A DNA stretch of 64,000 bases from the NCBI GenBank assembly GCA_008933705.1, contig WBUN01000013.1:25793-89792 (forward strand), written 5' to 3'. Source of the DNA: Hyphomicrobiaceae bacterium. GTDB taxonomy: Bacteria; Pseudomonadota; Alphaproteobacteria; Rhizobiales; Hyphomicrobiaceae. Position 1 is the stretch's first letter. Every line of letters begins with the position of its first letter. The notes beneath the pieces are model-generated. The model did no database searches, was not told the DNA's origin, and worked only from the letters and a program-made list of their open reading frames with translations. Shown in pieces: positions 50,209-58,397 of the stretch. Made by a program: the position numbers and the translations under genes.

Positions 50209-51246
50209 CTACGGACGCCCGATCACCTTGCAGCGCCCGGAGCGACCGCGGGCGATCTGGCCGTCGCACTCCCATTGCAGGAGCCACTTGGAGACAGCGC
50301 TCTTGCTGACGCCGGCCCAGGCGGCCAGGTGATCCTGGCTCGGGATGATGCGACCGGCGGTGAGCTCTGCCCGCACGTACGCGAGCGTGATCTCGCTGCT
50401 CTTCGGCTTCACGGGAAACACGAGAACTGACGCCGACGGTTTCCGAGTTTCTGCTTTGTTGCTCGGTTTCCGGCGCTTGGATGGCCCGCCAGCGCTGGGC
50501 CCAGACGGGACGGTTTCCATGCTGACGGTTTCCGAGGCCACCGCGCTGGTCCCGGAAACCCGGCGACCGAGACCGATACCCAGAAACACGATGGTCGCGA
50601 TCTCCAGGAACATCGCCTTCACGAACGGGAAGAACAGGAGCAAGGCCCGCTCGATCGCTGGCGCCTCGGCGGTCACGAACGGCAACGCGGCGAACACCTT
50701 GGCCGCATGCTTGATGTCGGCGTTCTCCACCTGCTCGGCCTTCATGTTCGAGAGACGCGCCTCGAGCAGCAGAACGTGGCTGTAGGCCCGATCCTGCACC
50801 TTCGTTACGCCCTTGCACTTCGGCCCCTCGCCGCTGGCGCATTCCTTGGTCACGGCGAGCGTCACCTTGCGGAGATCCTCCTTGGCCTCGACGATATCCG
50901 CCTCGAGCTTATGGCGCTCACCATTGCTCTTCTGAGTCTCACTCGACTTGACGACCACCACGACCGCATTGCGGCCGGCGCTGGTGGTGACGCAGTAGAA
51001 GGTGCCGGCCAGGAACAGAACCGCCAGGCCGAGCGACGGGCCCACGTGGAACGCGCGGGCCTGGTGCCAGAACATGTGGCCGGACGAGATCGTGCCGATC
51101 AGCACCAGCAGCGTCATGACGTGGTCTGTGGTGACGCCGGCGCCCTGCCGGAGCACGTCCTCGAAGAGCACGTAGCACGTGCCCAACGCAAACAGCGCCC
51201 CCAGACCGATTGCCGGCCAGGAGCGAATGGTAGTATGTATAGACAT
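50209..51246 (-). CDS. membrane protein with coiled coil and C-terminal wHTH
   Basis: Four N-terminal TM segments and a central coiled coil. C-terminus SQDHLAAWAGVSKSAVSKWLLQWECDGQI is HTH-like. Confidence 0.6.
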   Translation of the reverse strand: MSIHTTIRSWPAIGLGALFALGTCYVLFEDVLRQGAGVTTDHVMTLLVLIGTISSGHMFWHQARAFHVGPSLGLAVLFLAGTFYCVTTSAGRNAVVVVVKSSETQKSNGERHKLEADIVEAKEDLRKVTLAVTKECASGEGPKCKGVTKVQDRAYSHVLLLEARLSNMKAEQVENADIKHAAKVFAALPFVTAEAPAIERALLLFFPFVKAMFLEIATIVFLGIGLGRRVSGTSAVASETVSMETVPSGPSAGGPSKRRKPSNKAETRKPSASVLVFPVKPKSSEITLAYVRAELTAGRIIPSQDHLAAWAGVSKSAVSKWLLQWECDGQIARGRSGRCKVIGRP

Positions 51247-51458
51247 GTGATGTTCCTTCCTATGCGTGGTTGGGGTGTCGCATCGGCCCGGAGCGGTTGC
51301 AGCCGCTGCCGGGCCACTTCATTTCGACGCCATGCACTGACGCTGACTTGTCGGGATACGCCGACCAGCGGGGCAGCAGCTCTGCGTGATCCTTCTCGCC
51401 ACCGACCTGCTGTAGGCAACTACAATATATGTGAAACGGCTACGAAATTAAAGGAGGA

Positions 51459-51725
51459 ATGGCGGCTACAAAATCAAATCTTCGTGATTTTACGTCATGT
51501 GAGCGGCTACGTTATAGATGTGGCATGAGCAAGCCAAAGAAAGGTCGTCCGCCGAAGGCTGGAAAAGCCATGCTTGTTCCAATCACCATTCGCCTCCCTG
51601 CCCAGATGAACGAGGAGATCGAGGCGATTGTTATGGAGAAGGCGCTGGAGGGCGCCGACAAGTCCACCGTTATGCGAGAGTTGTTGGCTATTGGGTTGCG
51701 GGAGCGCGCCAAGCAGAAGGCGTGA
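51459..51725 (+). CDS. ribbon-helix-helix (CopG-like) protein
   Basis: VPITIRLPAQMNEEIEAIV...KSTVMRELLAIGL is an RHH pattern. Alternative start ATG 51525. Three CGGCTAC repeats lie upstream or overlap. Confidence 0.65.
   Translation: MAATKSNLRDFTSCERLRYRCGMSKPKKGRPPKAGKAMLVPITIRLPAQMNEEIEAIVMEKALEGADKSTVMRELLAIGLRERAKQKA
51621..51725. repeat. 105-nt repeat, copy 1 (3' end of RHH gene)
   Basis: gaggcgattgttatggagaaggcgctggag...aagcagaaggcgtga. Confidence 0.8.
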
Positions 51726-51767
51726 TGCGAGGTGGAAGCGAGGTCGCCGTTAGGATAGGCTGCTATC

Positions 51768-52016
51768 ATGGCTGACGAGCCCGACAACATCGTGCGGGAG
51801 CATCTGCGGACCATCCGCGCTGGCATAGATGCGCTGCGCGAGGACAACCGCGAGATCAAGACGCGGCTTGGCTCTGTCGAGAGCAGGATGACGACGCTCG
51901 AAGGCGCCATCGTGCATGTGCACGAGCGCATGGATGGTTTGCAGAAGCAGGTCGACCGCATCGAAGGCCGGCTGGATCGTATCGAACGCCGACTGGACCC
52001 GGTCGGGGCGCCGTGA
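51768..52016 (+). CDS. small coiled-coil protein, paralogue 6 (82 aa)
   Basis: MADEPDNIVREHLR...RLDRIERRLDPVGAP belongs to the same family as 27462-29491. TAGGAT at 51751. Confidence 0.65.
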   Translation: MADEPDNIVREHLRTIRAGIDALREDNREIKTRLGSVESRMTTLEGAIVHVHERMDGLQKQVDRIEGRLDRIERRLDPVGAP

Positions 52017-52120
52017 GGCGATTGTTGTCGAGGAAGCGCCGGAAGGTGCCGACAAGTCCGCAGTGGTGCGTGAACTCTTGGCTATGAGGTTGCGGGGGCG
52101 GGGGTAAGCAGAAGGGCTGA
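52015..52120. repeat. 106-nt repeat, copy 2 (orphan RHH 3' fragment)
   Basis: About 78 percent identical to copy 1. Encodes EAIVVEEAPEGADKSAVVRELLAMRLRGRG versus EAIVMEKALEGADKSTVMRELLAIGLRERA. Confidence 0.8.
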
Positions 52121-52125
52121 CGCCC

Positions 52126-52401
52126 ATGCAGAAGGTACATCCGGCAATCGGCCATGGTTTGCCGTCCGCGAGCTTTGGCTTCAGCCACTACGTCCTTTTC
52201 GTCTATGAGCCCCGCACCGACCGCACGGTCCGCTTCGTCAATCACGTTCGCGGTGACCACAAATTCCCGCATCACATCCTCGCCAGGGATGTCCTGGACA
52301 TCTATGTCCGGCATCGCTGCTGCTGGCATCGGGACGCAGCTCGTGAGGTCTGGCAGCGCTATCTGCAGTGGAAGCGGGCGCAGACCGAGGAGGCGGCGTG
52401 A
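52126..52401 (+). CDS. hypothetical protein (91 aa)
   Basis: High GC3. No motif recognised. Confidence 0.5.
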   Translation: MQKVHPAIGHGLPSASFGFSHYVLFVYEPRTDRTVRFVNHVRGDHKFPHHILARDVLDIYVRHRCCWHRDAAREVWQRYLQWKRAQTEEAA

Positions 52402-52441
52402 AGCGCGCGCAATCGAGAGTCGCGGCGCGGGGCAGTTTCAT

Positions 52442-52666
52442 TTACAGCAGAGCAAGGAACTGCTCGACGGTCAGGCGGGCGTCGGCAATGATCCGCCGCA
52501 AAGTGCCCGGCCGGATCTGCTTGTGGTCGGGCACGACCACGCGAGCGGGCGGCATATCCCGTCGAAGAATCATGTGGCTTCCGCTCTGCCGACGGAAAAC
52601 GAAACCGGCTCGCTCCAGGGCCGCGCGCACTTGCCTGCCAGAGAGGTCCGTGGGCAGCTTGGCCAC
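52442..52666 (-). CDS. hicA: HicA toxin (mRNA interferase)
   Basis: LSGRQVRAALERAGFVFRRQSGSHMIL...VVVPDH is the HicA dsRBD-like fold signature. Confidence 0.85.
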   Translation of the reverse strand: MAKLPTDLSGRQVRAALERAGFVFRRQSGSHMILRRDMPPARVVVPDHKQIRPGTLRRIIADARLTVEQFLALL

Positions 52667-52882
52667 CTAGGCGGCCTCGATCTCGACGAACTCTTTGCCC
52701 TCTTCGGTCGGCACAGGGTCGCCCGCCTCGCGGCAATCCTCGATGTAGAGCGCGATGGCTTCTCGGATGTTGGCCAGCGCCTGTGCACGCGTGTCGCCCT
52801 GGCTGATGCAGCCGGGCAATGCAGGAACGCTGGCGACGTAGCCCCCATCGCCTTCTCTTTCGAGCACGACTGTGTATCGCAT
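52667..52882 (-). CDS. hicB: HicB antitoxin
   Basis: MRYTVVLEREGDGGYVASVPALPGCISQGDTRAQALANIREAI is the classic HicB N-domain. Abuts hicA. Confidence 0.85.
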   Translation of the reverse strand: MRYTVVLEREGDGGYVASVPALPGCISQGDTRAQALANIREAIALYIEDCREAGDPVPTEEGKEFVEIEAA

Positions 52883-53061
52883 TCGTCATGTCCTGTTGGC
52901 CGTCATACCTGCAGTCGGAATATACGCTGTTCGCCCCGGTGCGAGAAGGCTCACGGAGCGTGGACCGCTTCGATCTCCTTGTGCGATAGGCCGGCAATAC
53001 AAGCATCCCGAGAAGGCTGGCCGCGTCACGATAGCGGGCAAGCCATCGGCACTGTATCAGT

Positions 53062-53295
53062 TTAGCTGTGGCCCCCGATCGTGCCCCGTTTGGTGACGCG
53101 GCCACCCTCGGTCACCGCGTAGGTGATCTTTGCGTTCGAGCCCACGGCACGAACGTTTGTGTTCAGGTATTTCGCGACAGCCTCTGCCTGGGCTAGATCG
53201 GCGGGCTTTTGTAGCTCGAAGACCAGCTGACTGTCCTCGTCTATGACGAAGCACGCCTCATTGGGATTGCGTTCCTTTGCGACGAATTTCACCAT
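53062..53295 (-). CDS. hypothetical protein (77 aa)
   Basis: ORF of moderate GC3, divergent from 53353. Confidence 0.5.
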   Translation of the reverse strand: MVKFVAKERNPNEACFVIDEDSQLVFELQKPADLAQAEAVAKYLNTNVRAVGSNAKITYAVTEGGRVTKRGTIGGHS

Positions 53296-53352
53296 CTGCC
53301 CTCTCCGTTATCTAGCGGCGTCCCCTCGCGAACGTCGCGCGAACCATGTATA

Positions 53353-53583
53353 TTGGTCGACATGCCCAAGGGACCAAGAGGCGAGAAACGACCGGCCGAC
53401 GTGATTGGCGCAGCGATCAAGGTCGCGCGGATCGCGACCGGTGAGATTGAGGATGAGCGCGTGGGCGCTCGATCCAAGGGGGGAAAGAGAGGCGGCAAGG
53501 CACGATCTGCCTCCCTCACACCAGAGCAACGCTCCGACATCGCGAGAACTGCCGCCTCCGCACGATGGAAGAAGAAGGGCTAG
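53353..53583 (+). CDS. small basic protein (76 aa)
   Basis: PKGPRGEKRPADVIGAAIKVARIATGEIED...RSDIARTAASARWKKKG is a widespread small basic family in Rhizobiales. Function unknown to me. Confidence 0.55.
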   Translation: MVDMPKGPRGEKRPADVIGAAIKVARIATGEIEDERVGARSKGGKRGGKARSASLTPEQRSDIARTAASARWKKKG

Positions 53584-54059
53584 GCGGCCTCCCTGTCGTC
53601 GCCGCGCCAAGCCTCGCGTTCTGCAACGTCGTCCGTGAAATCAAGGACAAGCTGGATCGGGGGTTCCCCCTCGTTCATGTCGTTGTAGACGTCAACGTCA
53701 GTTTTCAGCTGCGCGCAGTCGCCGATGATCTGTTCTCGCCTCTGAGCGAAGGCCATCTGCATGTGTTCGCGCGGCGCAAAGCCCATGATTGCCCAGAAGG
53801 TATGCTGCACTCCGCCCTTGGTGACGCGCTCCGCGTGGTTCTTGCGATAGCGACGTCCCTGCGCGTCTGTCGCATATTCTTCGCGCAGAGCCCGCGCCAA
53901 ATCATCGGCCAGCAGGTCGTAGGGATCGATCTCCGGTAGCGGTATCCGCTTGGTATCAACGGCCCACTTGACGACATCTCTCGTTGTGACCGGAAGATGA
54001 CCGAACTCCTCATGGTACTGGCGCCAAAGCTTCTGCAAATGCTCAGTTTTCGTCGCCAT
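53580..54059 (-). CDS. hypothetical protein (159 aa), third gene of HigB/Xre-peptidase operon
   Basis: Starts 11 nt after the ImmA-like stop. Acidic C-terminus. Confidence 0.55.
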   Translation of the reverse strand: MATKTEHLQKLWRQYHEEFGHLPVTTRDVVKWAVDTKRIPLPEIDPYDLLADDLARALREEYATDAQGRRYRKNHAERVTKGGVQHTFWAIMGFAPREHMQMAFAQRREQIIGDCAQLKTDVDVYNDMNEGEPPIQLVLDFTDDVAEREAWRGDDREAA

Positions 54060-54069
54060 GATTCACCTC

Positions 54070-55212
54070 TCACAGTGACACGGGTGCCACCTGCCCCCAA
54101 CCATCGACCATTGCTCCGGGCAGTACGTATTGCCTGATCTTCACCAAGTGCTTCCGCAGCAAATCCCAGCGGCCAGTCCGATGTTGAATCTGGCCTACGA
54201 TGATCCCGGGGTGCACTTGAACACGCTTAGCAAAACCTAGAATGTCCCTCTCCGCGAAGAAGGGAGTTTTGCGGGCTATGAAAGATGTCATGTCCTTCTG
54301 TGGCACACAAAATTCCGCAGCCGCAGCGTTCGCCAGCCCCTCCTCGTCGCTTTCGACAGGAGGAGTGTTGTGGCCCATCATCGACTTCCCTAAGTCGATG
54401 TCTATCACCTCCACTTCCATGCCATGTCGCCGCAGCACATGCTCAATCTCGTGCCTCAGCACGAACCAGAAATTGTCGATCCGGTCGTGAAGCAACGTGA
54501 TACCGATGACGGGTGATTGCGCGTCCAGCCAAAAGCACACTCCGTCGATTTTTCCGCCACTCAGCCCCTCAACGATGACGAGCCTGACGCCCGCTTCCAT
54601 TAGGAGACGAGGAACATGGCGTGCCTCCTCGGGATCAATAAGGAACGCCTTCAGACGCAGAAGTGCTTCGCGCAGCTTCTTCTCAGAATATGGAACGGAC
54701 GGCATTGCCTCTGCGATCTGCCTGACGCGGAACAGCCACGCCAACTGAGAAGGGGGGACGTCATCGTAGTGCGTCTTCTTCGCTGCATGAGCCATGCGGA
54801 CGTGCGGAAGATCGTTCGTGTTCGCGACCTTGAAGAAGCGAGACATCTGTACTTCGAGCATGTCCGCGTCTGTGTCCGTGAACCAGCAACGCTTGATCAT
54901 CTCACGCACTGGATACACGCTCTGCAGGCGTGCTCGTTTCCCAACGCCCGGATCAGGATCGCGGGCGCGCGCCATGTCGTAGGCCTTCTGCAGATTGGCA
55001 AAGAAATCCGGGTGCACCTCGAACGCTTCACCGAGCGCCTTCGCCATCTCTGGGCTAATGCCACGCTTGCCAGCAATGATCAGGTTCACGGCCTGCTCTG
55101 GCGTACCCAAGATGTACGCTAGGTCGCGCTGGTTCCACTCGCGGGCCTCCAACTCCTCGCGGATGAAGAAGCCCGGATGGGGCACGTCGATATGTTCGAT
55201 GGTGTCAGACAT
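54070..55212 (-). CDS. HigA-type XRE HTH fused to ImmA/IrrE (COG2856) zinc peptidase
   Basis: N-terminus HPGFFIREELEAREWNQRDLAYILG (HigA-like). HEIEHV zinc motif in the C-terminal domain. Confidence 0.85.
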   Translation of the reverse strand: MSDTIEHIDVPHPGFFIREELEAREWNQRDLAYILGTPEQAVNLIIAGKRGISPEMAKALGEAFEVHPDFFANLQKAYDMARARDPDPGVGKRARLQSVYPVREMIKRCWFTDTDADMLEVQMSRFFKVANTNDLPHVRMAHAAKKTHYDDVPPSQLAWLFRVRQIAEAMPSVPYSEKKLREALLRLKAFLIDPEEARHVPRLLMEAGVRLVIVEGLSGGKIDGVCFWLDAQSPVIGITLLHDRIDNFWFVLRHEIEHVLRRHGMEVEVIDIDLGKSMMGHNTPPVESDEEGLANAAAAEFCVPQKDMTSFIARKTPFFAERDILGFAKRVQVHPGIIVGQIQHRTGRWDLLRKHLVKIRQYVLPGAMVDGWGQVAPVSL

Positions 55213-55224
55213 GGTTTGTCTCGT

Positions 55225-55521
55225 TCAGTGTGGATCGCCGATATCAACGATTGTGGCAGTGGGTGGATCGGTACTCAGGTCCAACTCGAAGCGAATCCTG
55301 TACTGATCGTTGACGCGAATTTGTCGGAGTCCTTTCAGTTTGCCGCCTAGCGCCTTGTATTCGAGGCTTTTCCAGTTCCGCAGCGTCCGTTCGTCCGGAG
55401 CCGCCGCCATCAAGATGATCTTGTTCCTCGCAGACTTCACGACGCCAATCGGGAGCCCAAGTTCATGAGCCCTGTTGGTGCGTATGAGCGCGAGTCGAGC
55501 TGGTCGGAACGCGATCTTCAT
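55225..55521 (-). CDS. HigB-like (RelE/ParE superfamily) toxin
   Basis: LKGLRQIRVNDQYRIRFEL...IVDIGDPH parallels HigB at 57971 (HSIRINDQWRLCF...ITDYH). Confidence 0.75.
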   Translation of the reverse strand: MKIAFRPARLALIRTNRAHELGLPIGVVKSARNKIILMAAAPDERTLRNWKSLEYKALGGKLKGLRQIRVNDQYRIRFELDLSTDPPTATIVDIGDPH

Positions 55522-55625
55522 ACGCCCGACATATGCGCCCGCCCGCAGCAATTGTCAACATCGACTGGCGTTCATGCGTTAATCTGAGCGGATTGCTTGG
55601 CAACAGCGGGCACAACATCTAAGTT

Positions 55626-56486
55626 GTGGGCATGAACAAGCTCCCGACCCATAGACGTGTGCAAATCCTCAAGATGCTGGTGGAGGGCTCCAGCATGCGG
55701 TCCGTCGCACGCGTGGCGGACGTGAGCATCAACACGGTGGTCAAGCTGCTCATCGACGCCGGCAATGCTTGCACGACCTTCCACAGCGAATGCGTGCGTG
55801 GCCTCACCTGCCGGCGCATTCAATGCGACGAGATTTGGAGCTTCTGCTACAGCAAGGCCAAGAACGTGCCGACCGCGAAGGCAGCACCGGAAGGCGCCGG
55901 CGATGTGTGGACCTGGTCCAGCATTTGCGCCGACAGCAAGTTGATCTGCAATTGGATGGTTGGCGGCCGTGACGCCTACGTCGCGATGTTGCTGATGGAC
56001 GATCTGAAGACGCGACTTACCCACCGCGTCCAGCTCACTACGGACGGGCATCGCGCCTACCTCGAAGCCGTCGAAGGCGCTTTTGGCGACGATGTCGACT
56101 ACGCCATGCTCGTGAAGCTCTATGGCGCCGCGCCCAAGGGGCCGCAGGTGCGCTACTCGCCAGCGGAGTGCATCGGCATCCGCAAAACCCGGATCACGGA
56201 CAATCCCGATCCCGCGCACGTCTCAACCAGCTACAGTGAGGCGATGCACCGGCAGCTGCGAATGAGCATGAAGCGATTTGCGAGGCTGACCAATGCGCAC
56301 TCCAAGAAACTAGCCAACCATTGCCACGCGCTGGCGCTTTACTTCGTCGCCTACAACTGGATCAAAATCCACACCACGCTACGGGTGACACCAGCCATGG
56401 CCGCTGGCTTGACTGACAAGCTGATGGAGTGGGAAGGCCTCGTGGCCATCATCGACCAGTTGGAGGCGCGTCAGAAGTCAAACTGA
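55626..56486 (+). CDS. IS1-family-like DDE transposase
   Basis: N-terminal HTH (ILKMLVEGSSMRSVARVADVSINTV), CDEIWSF, TTDGHRAY and FARLTNAHSKK motifs as in IS1-type transposases. Terminal inverted repeats were not found by eye. Confidence 0.7.
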   Translation: MGMNKLPTHRRVQILKMLVEGSSMRSVARVADVSINTVVKLLIDAGNACTTFHSECVRGLTCRRIQCDEIWSFCYSKAKNVPTAKAAPEGAGDVWTWSSICADSKLICNWMVGGRDAYVAMLLMDDLKTRLTHRVQLTTDGHRAYLEAVEGAFGDDVDYAMLVKLYGAAPKGPQVRYSPAECIGIRKTRITDNPDPAHVSTSYSEAMHRQLRMSMKRFARLTNAHSKKLANHCHALALYFVAYNWIKIHTTLRVTPAMAAGLTDKLMEWEGLVAIIDQLEARQKSN

Positions 56487-56570
56487 TACAGTGCCAAGCC
56501 ATCCGATGACTTGGCGCCGGGCACATTGAATAGCATATTGAAGCAAGCTGGCCTGAAGGGGAGCGCGTGA
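56487..56570 (+). pseudogene. hicA 3' remnant (27 codons)
   Basis: YSAKPSDDLAPGTLNSILKQAGLKGSA is a HicA C-terminus. It begins immediately after the transposase stop, and its TGA overlaps the hicB ATG (TGATG). Confidence 0.5.
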
Positions 56571-56782
56571 TGCGTTACGCTGTCGTGATCGAGAAGGCAG
56601 ACGGGAACTATTCGGCCTACGTGCCCGACCTTCCGGGCTGCGTAGCGACCGGTAGGACGACGGCAGAAGCCGAAACCGAGATCCGCGCGGCCATTAGGTT
56701 CCACATCGATGGTCTGAAGGAGGATGGGCTGCCGTTGCCCGAGCCCCAAGCCACGCTCACCTATGTTGATGCCGAAGCATAG
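56570..56782 (+). CDS. hicB: HicB antitoxin (orphaned)
   Basis: MRYAVVIEKADGNYSAYVPDLPGCVATGRTTAEAETEIRAAI. Confidence 0.8.
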   Translation: MRYAVVIEKADGNYSAYVPDLPGCVATGRTTAEAETEIRAAIRFHIDGLKEDGLPLPEPQATLTYVDAEA

Positions 56783-56866
56783 CCTGGGCGACTTTGCTCA
56801 AGACGAGGCCCGGGGCGTTACCGAAACGTGGGGCAGACGCGCCCCATGTTTCCTAGTTGCACGGCA

Positions 56867-57337
56867 TCAGGCCGGCACAAGATTGCCACGCACTCTTCGC
56901 TTAGACTTCGTGATCGCACGCACGACCCGCATGCTTTCCTTGATCTTGGCGAATGCGACTTCTGCGAGGAATGCCGACCTTGTCGTGCCAGCCTCCTTCA
57001 CGAACGCATCGATGACTTCAAGTATGCCAGCATCCAACGACACGTTGATGCGCTTGGACGTCCCGCCAAACACCAACGGGACCTCGATGATGAAGGCAGC
57101 CTTCGCCATTTCGATCTTCTCGGTAGCATTTGCAGCCAAGTCGCCATGCGTCCGGGGAGCCGGCATATCCTTGCCGTCATCGTCCATGGCCTCAGCGTAC
57201 TCGCGAAGAGAGACCTTGGCATTCGCTATAGCCTCATCATAGGTGTCACCCGCGCCGTAGCATCCTGGAAGGTCCGGAAACGATACGCCGAATGCGCTAT
57301 CGGGGTCCTTGTAGACATAAGCCAGATAGGTCTTCAT
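56867..57337 (-). CDS. hicB: HicB antitoxin with C-terminal RHH domain
   Basis: YKDPDSAFGVSFPDLPGCYGAGDTYDEAIANA, plus a C-terminal KRINVSLDAGILEVIDAFVKEAGTTRSAFL (CopG-like). Confidence 0.8.
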   Translation of the reverse strand: MKTYLAYVYKDPDSAFGVSFPDLPGCYGAGDTYDEAIANAKVSLREYAEAMDDDGKDMPAPRTHGDLAANATEKIEMAKAAFIIEVPLVFGGTSKRINVSLDAGILEVIDAFVKEAGTTRSAFLAEVAFAKIKESMRVVRAITKSKRRVRGNLVPA

Positions 57338-57352
57338 CTCTCTCTCCAGCCC

Positions 57353-57568
57353 TTAACTCCACCAGCCAGCGTCTTTGTAGATCTGCCGCACAAGGCCAAT
57401 CGGAAGGTCTTTTTTCGGATGGGTGAGCACGATAGGATGCGTCGCGCCGGGCTTCTTCAAGGTATGATGACTGCCCTTGATCCGGACAACAGCCCAACCA
57501 TCTTTTTCCAGTAAGCGCATCAGCTTGCGGCTATTGCGCTCCATCTGTTCTTCAGGGTTCTTGGCCAT
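57353..57568 (-). CDS. hicA: HicA toxin
   Basis: SRKLMRLLEKDGWAVVRIKGSHHTLKKPG. Start uncertain (57544-57583). Confidence 0.8.
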   Translation of the reverse strand: MAKNPEEQMERNSRKLMRLLEKDGWAVVRIKGSHHTLKKPGATHPIVLTHPKKDLPIGLVRQIYKDAGWWS

Positions 57569-57657
57569 ATATATACACATCAATAGCGGCGAATCAAGAT
57601 ATCACGATACATCAAATGATACACACGGGCAGCATGGTGAACGAAACGTAACATCAC

Positions 57658-57957
57658 TCACGCGGTCTTGCGCGGTTTGATTGCGGAGATCTCCCCTTGA
57701 AGGCTCTTGCGCACCACCTCGACATCGTGGCGGGCCTGAATGCCGAGCCAGAAGTCCGGCGTGGTACCGAAATAGCGAGCGAGCCTCAGAGCCGTGTCCG
57801 GTGTAACTGCTGTCTCCTCCCGCACCAGGCGCTCTACGCGCGTGCGGGGCACACGCAGAGCCGCCGCGAGCGCATAGGGGCTCATGTGGAGCGGTGCAAG
57901 GAACTCCTCCCGCAAGATTTCACCTGGGTGGACAGGGGCCAACGGATTGCTGCTCAT
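57658..57957 (-). CDS. higA: HigA antitoxin (XRE HTH)
   Basis: VHPGEILREEFLAPLHMSPYALAAALRVPRTRVERLVRE...PDFWLGIQ is the canonical HigA/VapI pattern. Confidence 0.85.
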   Translation of the reverse strand: MSSNPLAPVHPGEILREEFLAPLHMSPYALAAALRVPRTRVERLVREETAVTPDTALRLARYFGTTPDFWLGIQARHDVEVVRKSLQGEISAIKPRKTA

Positions 57958-57970
57958 CGGTCGTATTCCT

Positions 57971-58255
57971 TCAGTGATAGTCGGTGATCTCGACATTCTC
58001 GGCATCACTTCCGCTCCAGATGAAGCAGAGCCGCCACTGATCATTGATCCTGATCGAATGTTGCCCAACTCGGTTACCCTTCAGCGCTTCCAAATGGTTA
58101 CCCGGAGGACTGCGCAAGTCTTTGAGCGCTCTCGCCTCGGCGAGCATGATCAGTTTGCGGCGGGCAAGTCGGATCAGATTGGCCGGAAAATTCTTGCCAG
58201 GATGGCGCCCTTCGAAAATCGCTTGGGCTTGCCGGTCCTTGAAGCTCTTGATCAT
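57971..58255 (-). CDS. higB: HigB toxin (plasmid maintenance killer family)
   Basis: MIKSFKDRQAQAIFEG...LEALKGNRVGQHSIRINDQWRLCFIW...ITDYH. Confidence 0.85.
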   Translation of the reverse strand: MIKSFKDRQAQAIFEGRHPGKNFPANLIRLARRKLIMLAEARALKDLRSPPGNHLEALKGNRVGQHSIRINDQWRLCFIWSGSDAENVEITDYH

Positions 58256-58397
58256 CGCCGCCTACGTATCACGACGTGATACGTGCGTCAAGACATGCCG
58301 AGCGTGGAGAGGTGGAAGCAGTGGCCGCGGCCGCGGCCTGATGCCAGCCCCCTCCCGGCGTAAGGCATTTACGTCGCATGCCTGCGACATACACTTT

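Noticed and set aside
55552-56490. Complete IS element with terminal inverted repeats and target-site duplication
   Set aside because: I could not align the sequence upstream of the transposase with the reverse complement of its 3' end, and no flanking direct repeat was seen. Only the transposase gene is reported.
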